Of a stretch of DNA of 64,000 nucleotides, positions 1-9,461 are shown piece after piece. The notes under the pieces are model-generated. The model was not told where the DNA came from. It made no database searches and saw only the letters and a program-made list of their open reading frames with translations. Source of the DNA: a virus. Its lineage: Duplodnaviria; Caudoviricetes. The DNA is taken from positions 31,607-95,606 of IMG/VR virus record IMGVR_UViG_3300021431_000095. One strand, 5' to 3'. A program made the position numbers and the translations under genes. Numbering within the stretch: position 1 is the first letter of the stretch; the number at the start of each line of letters is the position of its first letter.

Positions 1-423
1 GTCGCCGAGGAGTATCAGTTTTCCAAAACAAAGATAATTCTCCAGTTCGAAGGCAGTGTGAATGAATCCGCATGGATGGATATGAATAAATATGGATATT
101 CACTTGACGGTCGTTACCATGGAGACTTTGTCTTTGTTCCTGAGAAAGATGTCATGATGACTGACTGGTTCATGTCGAGATTCAAAGGAGTCGATGTCGA
201 CGAAAATGATTTCGACACGGTTTATGAGAAGAAAACAGGGTGTTTCTATTTTGATGTAAACTGCAAGATTCCGACAAACATCTTTACAGAAGACAATGTG
301 AGATATAACCATGTTATGTTTGGAAGTATATTAAATCCGTTTGAGGTTATACTCAAATACAAAGGCAGGGAATGGTTTCCTTATATTAGATACAATATAG
401 GGGACTTGCAAATAAGGAGATAG
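1..423 (+). CDS. hypothetical protein, 5'-partial
   Basis: Frame is open from base 1 (VAEEYQFSKTK...) to TAG at 421-423. Confidence 0.55.
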   Translation, partial: VAEEYQFSKTKIILQFEGSVNESAWMDMNKYGYSLDGRYHGDFVFVPEKDVMMTDWFMSRFKGVDVDENDFDTVYEKKTGCFYFDVNCKIPTNIFTEDNVRYNHVMFGSILNPFEVILKYKGREWFPYIRYNIGDLQIRR

Positions 424-427
424 AATT

Positions 428-2047
428 TTGGACAGACCGGACAGAAATACAGGATCGTTCTACACGCCGAAACCGTTCGCAGATTTCGCACATTCGGTCA
501 TCTCTAAACACTTCGGGGATGACTGGAAATCACGTTATGTCGTCTGGGACTCCGCGTGGGGGAAGGGAAACCTCACAAAGGATTATACATTTGGCAATCT
601 TTTCGCTTCTACCATAGACGGATCTGACCTGCTGTCTGATGCCAACCACGAGGCGCACAAGTTCCAGTTTGACTTCCTAAACGACGAAATATCAAAAAAC
701 AGTGAAATCGAGGAACGGCTTCGCAACAACAGCCCGATAATTTTCTTTTTCAACCCTCCGTATGCAGCCCATTCGGAAATGATAAACGGCGTAAACCTGA
801 AGGATGACTTCAGTTCGGACACGATGATTAGCAGATCGATGGGGAAACTGGGAAAGTCCAAACAGAATCTTTTCGCACAGTTCCTGTATAGAGTGAAGAT
901 GATAAAGAACCAGTACTGTCTAACGGACTGTAACATCTGCGTGTTCTGTCCTCCTATATTCATGTCTGGATCTGGGTACGCGAAGTTTAGGAATGAGTTT
1001 CTTTCAGATTTCGAGTTTGTTGACGGATACTTGTTCAACGCATCGCATTTTGACGAGTGCTCTGACAGGTGGGGGATAAGTTTCTCTATATGGAAGCATG
1101 GATATTCCGTCGGTCAGTACAACTTTTTCCACAATGTGGTGGATGTTAAGGACGGTAATGTGGAGATTGTTGGGGAGAAGGACATCTACAACATAGACGG
1201 GGATCAAAGTTTGAGGGAATGGACGAAACTTCCCATAGTGTCACAGAAAACATATCCAGGAGTTACACTGAGGAGTGCGATAAACGTCGGTGACAGGGAG
1301 GGGAGCTGGAAGACTGAGGATGCGATAGGATTCTATGTGAATGACGGCAACAGCGTGTACCAGTCGATGAAGAACTGCTACATACAGAGCGCGTGTCCGA
1401 ATAGCAGGATATCGGGGTTCTCTGTGACACCTAGGAACTTCGACAGGGTATGCGTGGCGTTCGCGGCGAGGAACGTTATTCCGAACACATGGATGAACAA
1501 CAAGGATGAGTTCATTGCGCCTGACGATTACAAGTACGAATTGAAGGATATGTGGGAGGAATTCAAGGCTGACAGTGTAATATACAGTCTGTTAAACACT
1601 TCGTCGAACCAGTCGAGTCTGAAGAATGTGGAGTGGATGGGAGGAAGGTATGACATAAATAACGAGTTCTTCCCGTTCATGTCAACTCCGATTCTTGCGA
1701 TGGCTAATGCTTGTGGATACGATGAAATGTTGGAAACATACAATGGCGAAGAGAGGTTTACTGCAAAATATATAGAAGAAAACAATCTAATTGACAAGAT
1801 AAGCAATGAGGCGAATTTTGTGTGGAATGACTTTGTAAATTTTGTAATAAAAGGGATAGAATATAGAATAGAGTTTGGTAAAAGACATCCTGAATATCAA
1901 ATATGGAACTGGGACTGTGGGTACTATCAACAGAAGAGGATGTTCGAGGAGATGGATCCCGAGAGGTTCAAGAAATTCAGGAAACGCTACAAGGAACTTG
2001 GAATGAAACTCAGGGGTCAGGTTTATGAACTGGGTTTGTTAAAATAA
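428..2047 (+). CDS. N6-adenine DNA methyltransferase (gamma-class-like)
   Basis: GSFYTP, SAM-binding VWDSAWGKGN and catalytic NPPY motifs; TTG start preceded by AAGGAG. Confidence 0.8.
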   Translation: MDRPDRNTGSFYTPKPFADFAHSVISKHFGDDWKSRYVVWDSAWGKGNLTKDYTFGNLFASTIDGSDLLSDANHEAHKFQFDFLNDEISKNSEIEERLRNNSPIIFFFNPPYAAHSEMINGVNLKDDFSSDTMISRSMGKLGKSKQNLFAQFLYRVKMIKNQYCLTDCNICVFCPPIFMSGSGYAKFRNEFLSDFEFVDGYLFNASHFDECSDRWGISFSIWKHGYSVGQYNFFHNVVDVKDGNVEIVGEKDIYNIDGDQSLREWTKLPIVSQKTYPGVTLRSAINVGDREGSWKTEDAIGFYVNDGNSVYQSMKNCYIQSACPNSRISGFSVTPRNFDRVCVAFAARNVIPNTWMNNKDEFIAPDDYKYELKDMWEEFKADSVIYSLLNTSSNQSSLKNVEWMGGRYDINNEFFPFMSTPILAMANACGYDEMLETYNGEERFTAKYIEENNLIDKISNEANFVWNDFVNFVIKGIEYRIEFGKRHPEYQIWNWDCGYYQQKRMFEEMDPERFKKFRKRYKELGMKLRGQVYELGLLK

Positions 2048-2058
2048 AGGATAAAGAG

Positions 2059-2796
2059 ATGAATGTGGATTTGTATACGATTTGTTACAATGAGATTAAA
2101 ATCGCACCTTTCGTTGTTGACTACTGGAAAAGGTTCGTTAGAAAGGCTTATGTTTACGACAATGGATCTGATGATGGAACGGTAGAATATCTGTCGCAAT
2201 TTCCATTCATAGAGATGGGACATTTCGACAGTGATGGACTGGACGATATAATAAATGTGAAGATAAAGAATTCTGTGTGGAAGAACAGCGTCGGTACTGC
2301 CGATTTTGTGGTGGTGTGTGACTTCGACGAGTGTCTGTACTCGAAGGATCTGTTTAGAGAGTTGCAGTATATGAAGGACAACGCGATGTCGATGTGTAAA
2401 CCGATTGAGTATATGCTTCTTGGAAGGGAGTTTCCAAAGTATGACGGTGAGAGGCTAAGTCATGAAATTATGAATTCTGGTTACAGTGGAGATTCCAAAA
2501 TTATTCTTTTTGATCCAAATCTGATAGAGGAGACGAACTGGCTCCCATGGTGTCATGTCTGCCATCCTAAGGGTACAGTGAAGATGTATGACGGTGACAA
2601 GATTTTCACAATGCACCATTCCGAGATGTCGCCAGATTACTGCCTCGACAAGTTCAGAAGGAGAAGGAACAGGTTCTCCAGTACAAACATGAAATACGGA
2701 TATGGGACATTCTATTTCACCGACGATAAAAAGGTGGAAAGAGACTTGTATGAGAAACTCAGAACGAAATGTATAAACATAAATGACGTTATATGA
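2059..2796 (+). CDS. GT-A fold glycosyltransferase (GT2-like)
   Basis: CYNE, YDNGSDDGT, VCDFDE (DxD) motifs. Confidence 0.85.
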   Translation: MNVDLYTICYNEIKIAPFVVDYWKRFVRKAYVYDNGSDDGTVEYLSQFPFIEMGHFDSDGLDDIINVKIKNSVWKNSVGTADFVVVCDFDECLYSKDLFRELQYMKDNAMSMCKPIEYMLLGREFPKYDGERLSHEIMNSGYSGDSKIILFDPNLIEETNWLPWCHVCHPKGTVKMYDGDKIFTMHHSEMSPDYCLDKFRRRRNRFSSTNMKYGYGTFYFTDDKKVERDLYEKLRTKCININDVI

Positions 2797-3596
2797 AAGT
2801 TACAGTGTGCTGTATAGCAAAAATGGAAAATAGATATATCAGGGAATGGGTCGATTGGTACAAGAAACTGAATTTTGACAGGATAATAATAGTCGACAAC
2901 AACGATATCGACGGAGAGACATTCGTGGAATCTATACCTGACTACATCGAGGATGGGACGGTTGAAATTATCGACAGAAGAGGTGAGGAAAAGGCTCAGT
3001 TCGCTTCATACAATTACGTATATCAAAAGGTATTTAATGAAGACTGGATTGCGTTTTTTGATGTTGATGAATTTCTTGTGTTGGAAAAACACGATACGAT
3101 ACAGGAATATCTTTCTATGTTTGATGGAAACACAGATGTTGTCAAGATAAATTGGATGTGTTATGGGGATTGTGGAAATGTTTATTATGAGGACAAACTC
3201 GTGAACGAGAGATTCAAGGATCCTCTACCTTATGATTATTCAACAGGAAGAATTCCGAATAACTACCATACAAAATGCATAATCAGGTCTAATTGTTCGG
3301 AGAAAAACATTTCATATTGTGTGAATCCTCATGTTCCGTTAGGAAACAATATTGTTTATAGGAATTCCGCTGGAAAATTGACAGGATCGTCTCCGTTTGA
3401 AAAATACGATTTTAATTACTCATATCTTAAACATTTTACAACAAAGACTATACAAGAATTTATTGAGAATAAAATGGTGAGGGGTGTTCCTGATAGAAGC
3501 AGGGAAGACGCAAAGAGGGATGTTAATCTTGACATGTTTTTTGGATATAATGAAAAGACATATGAAAAACTAAAAGTAGTTGAACAATACAAATGA
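2793..3596 (+). CDS. GT-A fold glycosyltransferase (GT2/GT92-like)
   Basis: CIAKMENRYIREWV, VDNN, FFDVDEF (DxD), KCII motifs; ATGA overlap with upstream gene. Confidence 0.85.
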   Translation: MKVTVCCIAKMENRYIREWVDWYKKLNFDRIIIVDNNDIDGETFVESIPDYIEDGTVEIIDRRGEEKAQFASYNYVYQKVFNEDWIAFFDVDEFLVLEKHDTIQEYLSMFDGNTDVVKINWMCYGDCGNVYYEDKLVNERFKDPLPYDYSTGRIPNNYHTKCIIRSNCSEKNISYCVNPHVPLGNNIVYRNSAGKLTGSSPFEKYDFNYSYLKHFTTKTIQEFIENKMVRGVPDRSREDAKRDVNLDMFFGYNEKTYEKLKVVEQYK

Positions 3597-4591
3597 AAAG
3601 TGTCCTGATTACAGGAGTCGCCGGATTGATAGGGGCGAACATGGCTAATTGGATAATCGAAACTCATCCAGAGTACAATGTTGTAGGTATAGACAATTTG
3701 TTTGGTGGCTATATTGAGAATGTTAACCCTAAAGTCAAATTCCATAAAAGGGATTTGTCAATTGATCGGATAGATGATATATTTGATGAGAACGATATAG
3801 AGTATGTGTATCATTTTGCTGCATATGCTGCTGAAGGATTGTCTCCTTTTATAAGAAAATTCAATTACCAGAACAATGTCGTGTCCACGGCATCTATCAT
3901 AAATGAATGTATCAAACACAATATAAAACGGCTTGTGTTTACCTCATCCATGAGTGTATATGGTCATGGAAAATTGGACGGAAGCAGGTTCGATGAGGAT
4001 GATATTCCTTGCCCGATCGATCCATATGGTATAGCAAAGTATGCTTGTGAAATGGACATTCGCGTTGCAGGGGAGCAACATGGTATGGACTGGTGTATAA
4101 TACGTCCGCACAACGTTGTTGGTGTTCTTCAGAATATATGGGACAGATATAGAAATGTGATAGGTATATGGATGTATCAGATCCTTCACAACGAGCCCAT
4201 GCTGATATATGGTGATGGGAATCAAACAAGGGCATTTTCATATATAAAGGATAATATGGAACCTCTTTGGAATGCTGCGGTTTTTGATACAGCGTCAAAA
4301 CAGATAATAAATCTTGGAGGAACTGTTCCTTACACGATAAACGAGGCTGCTGAAGCTTTGTGTAAAATCACAGGATATGACAAAATTGAACACAGGGAGC
4401 AAAGACACGAAGTAAAATATGCAGTATCTACATATCAAAAATCAATTGATGTCCTTGGGTTCAAACAAACAACATCGCTTGAAGGAATGATGGTTGAAAT
4501 GTGGGAATGGGCTAAGACCCAGCCGAACAGAGAAAGATACAAATGGAACAATTACGAATTAAACAAAGGAATATACAGCTATTGGAAATGA
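3593..4591 (+). CDS. NAD-dependent nucleotide-sugar epimerase/dehydratase (extended SDR)
   Basis: TGVAGLIG Rossmann motif, TSSMSVYG, YGIAK (YxxxK), GDGNQTRAF. Confidence 0.92.
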   Translation: MKSVLITGVAGLIGANMANWIIETHPEYNVVGIDNLFGGYIENVNPKVKFHKRDLSIDRIDDIFDENDIEYVYHFAAYAAEGLSPFIRKFNYQNNVVSTASIINECIKHNIKRLVFTSSMSVYGHGKLDGSRFDEDDIPCPIDPYGIAKYACEMDIRVAGEQHGMDWCIIRPHNVVGVLQNIWDRYRNVIGIWMYQILHNEPMLIYGDGNQTRAFSYIKDNMEPLWNAAVFDTASKQIINLGGTVPYTINEAAEALCKITGYDKIEHREQRHEVKYAVSTYQKSIDVLGFKQTTSLEGMMVEMWEWAKTQPNRERYKWNNYELNKGIYSYWK

Positions 4592-5403
4592 AAAAGAAAA
4601 TGATATTTTATTGGTACGTTCCGTCATGCGGATGGCATGAAATATATGATTTGCATATAAAGAATCTGAACATTTACAAAGATCGTTTTGATGAAGTTTC
4701 TTTTATCATATCTGTTGACGATGTTGATGGCGATGGATACAAAAGAAATATAGAACTAACAATAGATAAACTTAGATGTATATTTCCAAATGCCGAATTT
4801 ATAATGTATAAGAACGATAAGGAATTAAGAGAGTCCGTTTATTTCTATAACGAAATCGTTATGAAACTAGATCAGTTTGATAACGATGTTATAATATTTT
4901 TTGCACACAATAAAGGAGTAGACAGCTGGTATGCAAATGATAGGCTTGACACATGGATAAATTTGATGTATTTTGAAAATCTATTTAATGTTGATCGTAT
5001 ATGTAATTATTTTTCAAAAGAAAGTGTGTGTTGTGCAGGAACATATACAATAATGAACCTTAAAGCTTGGAGTTTTCTTAAATATTCATGGCATTATAGT
5101 GGGACGTTTTTTTGGATATGTCCAAAAAGGATATTGAATATGATACATACTAATAATGAAGTTATTCCTCCAAACAACAGATATGCGACAGAAGGCTTTC
5201 TTGGAAGTGTTATACCGAATGATGACAAATACAGAATAGCTATTCTTGGAAGAGCGACAGAGGTTCATCTTGGAAACATGTGGATTGAAAATAATATGTC
5301 TTCTGAGGAAAAGAGAGTTTATGAAAATCTTTATGGGAAACTTGAATGTACAACAGGAAGATCCCAATTGTTTTCAAACCATGTTTACAAATTAATAAAA
5401 TGA
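4588..5403 (+). CDS. putative glycan-modifying/glycosyltransferase-like protein
   Basis: ATG at 4588 overlaps upstream stop; AHNKG and HYSGTFFW motifs; sits in the GT operon. Confidence 0.5.
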   Translation: MKKKMIFYWYVPSCGWHEIYDLHIKNLNIYKDRFDEVSFIISVDDVDGDGYKRNIELTIDKLRCIFPNAEFIMYKNDKELRESVYFYNEIVMKLDQFDNDVIIFFAHNKGVDSWYANDRLDTWINLMYFENLFNVDRICNYFSKESVCCAGTYTIMNLKAWSFLKYSWHYSGTFFWICPKRILNMIHTNNEVIPPNNRYATEGFLGSVIPNDDKYRIAILGRATEVHLGNMWIENNMSSEEKRVYENLYGKLECTTGRSQLFSNHVYKLIK

Positions 5404-6191
5404 GCAAGAAACTGAAAATATTCGTCTGTACATATAACCAACCAGTATGGTTTGACAAGGATCCTTTTGTACCGATGCAGGTGGGGAGAAGTTGTTCTTC
5501 GATGAAATTTGAGAATTATGTAGGTGATGATACGGGTGACAATATTTCTTACAAGAACAAGTATTATTCAGAACAAACAGGTGTGTACTGGGTTTGGAAG
5601 AACATGAAGGACAACCATCCAGACTATGTTGGGTTCTGTCACTACAGAAAACTTCCGTTACTTTTCGATTCAGACAGGACAGAGTTGAGGATGTCGCATG
5701 ACGAATATCTTGAGAAAAGTGGGATAAGCGAGAACTCCATCCTGAAGCTGCTCAAGAAATCGGATGTTGTTTGTATAAAACCGTTCTTCTATTTTAATAG
5801 ATCCCTTGAAGAATTCTACAGGGAAATCCATATATCCGAAGACTATGATTTGCTTTCGGATGCTATACGGAGAATAAAGCCTGACTATTATCCCGCTTTC
5901 TCTTATATAATGACACAGAAACCTTCAGGTTTCTTTCCGTACAACATATACATAATGAAATGGGAACGCTTCTGTGAATATTGCTCATTCATATTTCCAG
6001 TATTTGAACAGATTGAGAAATTGATAGACTATACCAAACACAATGGATATCAGTCAAGGGTGTTCGGTTATATGACAGAGAGACTTCTCACGGTATTCAT
6101 AGTAAAAAATGATTTATCAGTTTCGCCTGTTCCTTGCGCAATCATAGACGAGTACGAGAATCCAGATTACACTGTTCAAGATGAAAAATAA
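5400..6191 (+). CDS. DUF4422-like putative glycosyltransferase
   Basis: DDTGDNISYKNKYYSE, YWVWKN, GFCHYR, RVFGYMTERLL motifs; ATG at 5400. Confidence 0.85.
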   Translation: MSKKLKIFVCTYNQPVWFDKDPFVPMQVGRSCSSMKFENYVGDDTGDNISYKNKYYSEQTGVYWVWKNMKDNHPDYVGFCHYRKLPLLFDSDRTELRMSHDEYLEKSGISENSILKLLKKSDVVCIKPFFYFNRSLEEFYREIHISEDYDLLSDAIRRIKPDYYPAFSYIMTQKPSGFFPYNIYIMKWERFCEYCSFIFPVFEQIEKLIDYTKHNGYQSRVFGYMTERLLTVFIVKNDLSVSPVPCAIIDEYENPDYTVQDEK

Positions 6192-6217
6192 TCGTTTTTC
6201 TGTTTGCCGTATATAAT
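6189..6217 (+). promoter_or_regulatory. putative phage middle promoter TAATCG-N17-TATAAT
   Basis: One of 4 copies with identical 17-nt spacing; upstream of helicase. Confidence 0.7.
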
Positions 6218-6238
6218 TTTTAGAAGAAGTTTATTGAA

Positions 6239-7864
6239 ATGGCAAACGGATCAGCTTTTATACAGAACGTATATTACCATTACATATTGTCTGAACCATC
6301 TCTCGCACTGAGGTTTGAGCCTGATTTCTTTTCAGCGAAAGCTTTGCAGGTTGCGTTCAAGTTGGCCAAGGACTATGTAATCAAATACCACGTGGCTCCT
6401 ACATCGGATCAGATGAAGGAGCTTGTGCGCATAAACAACCTTGAGGAACAGCTCAAGGACGACATCATAGATGTACTGTATGCCCAGAAGCAGATGCTCA
6501 GCAGCTACACTGAGGAGTGGCTTTATGACGAAGCTACCAACTGGGCTATCATAGAGAACGTCAAGAAGGCGATTGTCGAGGCTGCAGCCTACCTGAAGCT
6601 GAACAAGGACAACATGGAGGCTGGCAAAGCCAAGGAGATTGTCGAGCACATCAAGACAATGTTCAACAGGACATGTGTGCTTGAGTTCACCGACGAGATT
6701 GACCACGGCTCCGATTTCTGGGATGCCGAGTCGCACAGGCAGAACAAATTGAAGAGATCCCCCACTGGATACGATTTTATAGACATGTGTCTGAACGGAG
6801 GTCGTTTTGAGGGATGTCTTGAATGCTATGTTGGTGCTCCAAAGATCGGTAAATCTCTTTGGATGCAGAACCTTTGTGCAAAGTCGGTTCTTCAGGGGGA
6901 GGACAACGCATACATCTCACTTGAGCTTCCAAAGGAGATGATTATAGCGAGAATCGGTGCTAATATGTTTTCCATACCTTCGCTGGAGTACGAGAAGTAC
7001 GCTAATGACACCGTCGCGTTTAGGGAGAAGATCAGGTCGTTTAGGAGCGGGTGTTTCAAGGAGCCGGGTGAACTTCTTGTTCAGGATTTTCCAACTTCAA
7101 CTCTTACTGTCATTGAACTTGAAAGTTATCTCTTACAGGAAGAAGAAAGAAGGAGTACCCCACAGAGGAAGTTCAAGTTCAAGAACATCTTCATCGACTA
7201 TTTGAACATCATGAAGAACTACAGGAATCCGAACTCCGAAAACACATATATGAAGATCAAACAGCTCGCTGAGGACTTGAAAGCTATGGGAAAGAAGAAT
7301 GGATGGGCAATAGTCACTGCGACACAGACTAACAGGACACAGTTCGACACAAACGACATCACAGCGAATCAAGTTTCCGAGTCATCTGCACTTGGAGCAA
7401 CAGTCGACATTATGTTTGGTATCATATCAGATCCTCTCATGAAGGCACAAGGAAAATATTATCTTAAATGCATCTATGACCGCGTGTCACCTCAGGAGAA
7501 TAAAAAGAAGCTTTATGACTGCAACTTCAATTTCCTCAGACTTATAGAGAATGTCGAAGAGGGTGTAATTGAAGTAAACATGAATCCATTCGCCACAGAT
7601 CACTCTGGAGACAAATTTATTGCCGAACAAGGAAGGAGGAATTCCAGGAAGGTAAACCAGACTTTCCATGACGGGCAGTATAATCCTACATCACAACCTT
7701 TGCAACCCAATACAAATTTCGATCAGCAACCGAGCCCACAGTCAGTATCGTTTCCTGAACAGGAATCACAGTCTGTCGGATTATTCAATCCTGGAAGTGT
7801 CGCTGGTCCACCTAACAACAATATAAGTCCCTTGATTAATGTGACGGGGGCTGGGATTTTCTAA
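6239..7864 (+). CDS. replicative DNA helicase (T4 gp41/DnaB-like)
   Basis: Walker A GAPKIGKS, YISLE, IFIDYLN, TATQTNR, SES motifs; low-complexity C-terminal tail. Confidence 0.9.
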   Translation: MANGSAFIQNVYYHYILSEPSLALRFEPDFFSAKALQVAFKLAKDYVIKYHVAPTSDQMKELVRINNLEEQLKDDIIDVLYAQKQMLSSYTEEWLYDEATNWAIIENVKKAIVEAAAYLKLNKDNMEAGKAKEIVEHIKTMFNRTCVLEFTDEIDHGSDFWDAESHRQNKLKRSPTGYDFIDMCLNGGRFEGCLECYVGAPKIGKSLWMQNLCAKSVLQGEDNAYISLELPKEMIIARIGANMFSIPSLEYEKYANDTVAFREKIRSFRSGCFKEPGELLVQDFPTSTLTVIELESYLLQEEERRSTPQRKFKFKNIFIDYLNIMKNYRNPNSENTYMKIKQLAEDLKAMGKKNGWAIVTATQTNRTQFDTNDITANQVSESSALGATVDIMFGIISDPLMKAQGKYYLKCIYDRVSPQENKKKLYDCNFNFLRLIENVEEGVIEVNMNPFATDHSGDKFIAEQGRRNSRKVNQTFHDGQYNPTSQPLQPNTNFDQQPSPQSVSFPEQESQSVGLFNPGSVAGPPNNNISPLINVTGAGIF

Positions 7865-7881
7865 AACCAACTGAATATGAA

Positions 7882-8340
7882 TTGGAAGACAAGATTTTCA
7901 ACAGCAGCTACAATAACGTAGAGTATGGCACAGACAGGACATCACAGCAGGAAATATCTATAAACCCTGCAGTAGCGGACAACTACGAGGAGAATGTGTC
8001 AGAGAACATAGAGGATGTGTATGTCAAGAAGAACATGATGGACCAGATGGAACAGTTCTATGAGGAATCAGAGTTTTTCGAGAAATACGGAAGGGAACCG
8101 AAAAGGATAGACAGGGGAGACTTCTTCAAGATATACTATTATTTTAAGGACAAGTTTAAGGAACTCGGACATTACAATGCGGTTCAGATATTCTGCACGA
8201 TAGCGGAATTCTTCGAGTTGAACTACAAACTGCTATACAGAGACATCATAACTTTGGAGGATAAAGTTGAGATACTTGACATCCTTGAAGAGCAATACGG
8301 GCTTGATAAACCACTACAGAATTCAAAAAGACTGTTTTAA
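7882..8340 (+). CDS. hypothetical protein
   Basis: 152-aa ORF between helicase and nuclease in the same operon. Confidence 0.7.
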   Translation: MEDKIFNSSYNNVEYGTDRTSQQEISINPAVADNYEENVSENIEDVYVKKNMMDQMEQFYEESEFFEKYGREPKRIDRGDFFKIYYYFKDKFKELGHYNAVQIFCTIAEFFELNYKLLYRDIITLEDKVEILDILEEQYGLDKPLQNSKRLF

Positions 8341-8351
8341 CAAATAAACCA

Positions 8352-9461
8352 ATGGCAATAAAATCAGCAAAGAAGCAAGACATCAACGACATTATATTCT
8401 TGTCGGATCCACATTTCGGAGCAAAGTCAGCGTCTGTGGAGTGGCTTGAAAACATGGTCGACTATTTCGAGAACTTTTTCTTTCCTCTGGTAAGGAAGGA
8501 GATTTCCGAAGGATACACCCCAGTTATCGTTGTGGCTGGAGACTATTTCGACAACAGGCAACATATAGACATAGATGTAATGAACAAGGCTATGGATATA
8601 ATGGAGAAGATGGAGAGTCTGTGTGATGTCTACATGATGATCGGAAACCATGACATATACAAAAAGAAGGAAACCGACATTACGTCGTTGAGAGTGTTTG
8701 ACAAATACAAGAATGTCACCGTTGTACCTGATACACTTGCACTGACCATAAAAGGGGATCACACTTTCCTGCTTGTGTCTTGGGTCGGTGACTTTGCGAA
8801 GGAGAACAAAATGATTGCGAAGTACAAGGACAAGTATGAGTACATCGTGATGCACACTGAAATATCTGGAATGACGTATGACAACAACAGACCTATCATA
8901 AACGGCGTGAATCTTTCTCCTGTTGACGAGAACTGTCATATAATATCTGGTCATATCCACAAGAGACAGGGAAATAAGAAAGCTATGTATCTCGGATCTC
9001 CTTATCAGCTGACAAAATCGGATGTCGGAAATGAGAAAGGAATATACTGCTTCAGGGTAAACGACGAAGGAGGAATCTCTGTGAACTTCACACAGAACGA
9101 CTATTCCCCGAAGTTCATCAAGGAGGATTTCTCGAAGTATGGGAAGAAGCCAGAAGCGTGGGCTGATATAGTGAAGAACAACTATGTGGAGATTGTATTC
9201 GAGGAAGAGGAACTTAACAGGTTCAACGTAAATGAGTTTGCCGATAAACTTAGACAATTCGAACCGAAGAAGATTGAATTCTCCTGCAGAAGGAAACAGA
9301 AGATCGAGGATCAGGAACCCCGTTATACGGAGGACTCGACGATAGAGGACATCTTCAAGGATCAGGTTTCCGAGAAGGGTCTGACTGAGGAACAGAACCA
9401 CAATATTATAGAGATGAACAATGATTACATGAAAAAAGCTGCGGAGGAGATGGCACAATGA
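8352..9461 (+). CDS. recombination endonuclease subunit (gp47/Mre11/SbcD-like)
   Basis: SDPHFG, AGDYFD, GNHD, GHIH, GSPYQ phosphoesterase motifs. Confidence 0.92.
   Translation: MAIKSAKKQDINDIIFLSDPHFGAKSASVEWLENMVDYFENFFFPLVRKEISEGYTPVIVVAGDYFDNRQHIDIDVMNKAMDIMEKMESLCDVYMMIGNHDIYKKKETDITSLRVFDKYKNVTVVPDTLALTIKGDHTFLLVSWVGDFAKENKMIAKYKDKYEYIVMHTEISGMTYDNNRPIINGVNLSPVDENCHIISGHIHKRQGNKKAMYLGSPYQLTKSDVGNEKGIYCFRVNDEGGISVNFTQNDYSPKFIKEDFSKYGKKPEAWADIVKNNYVEIVFEEEELNRFNVNEFADKLRQFEPKKIEFSCRRKQKIEDQEPRYTEDSTIEDIFKDQVSEKGLTEEQNHNIIEMNNDYMKKAAEEMAQ

Noticed and set aside
8427-9458. Long antisense ORFs (also 23487-24545, 24596-25489, 40796-41371, 51152-51979)
   Set aside because: Shadow frames of codon-biased or low-complexity plus-strand genes, with no recognisable motifs.
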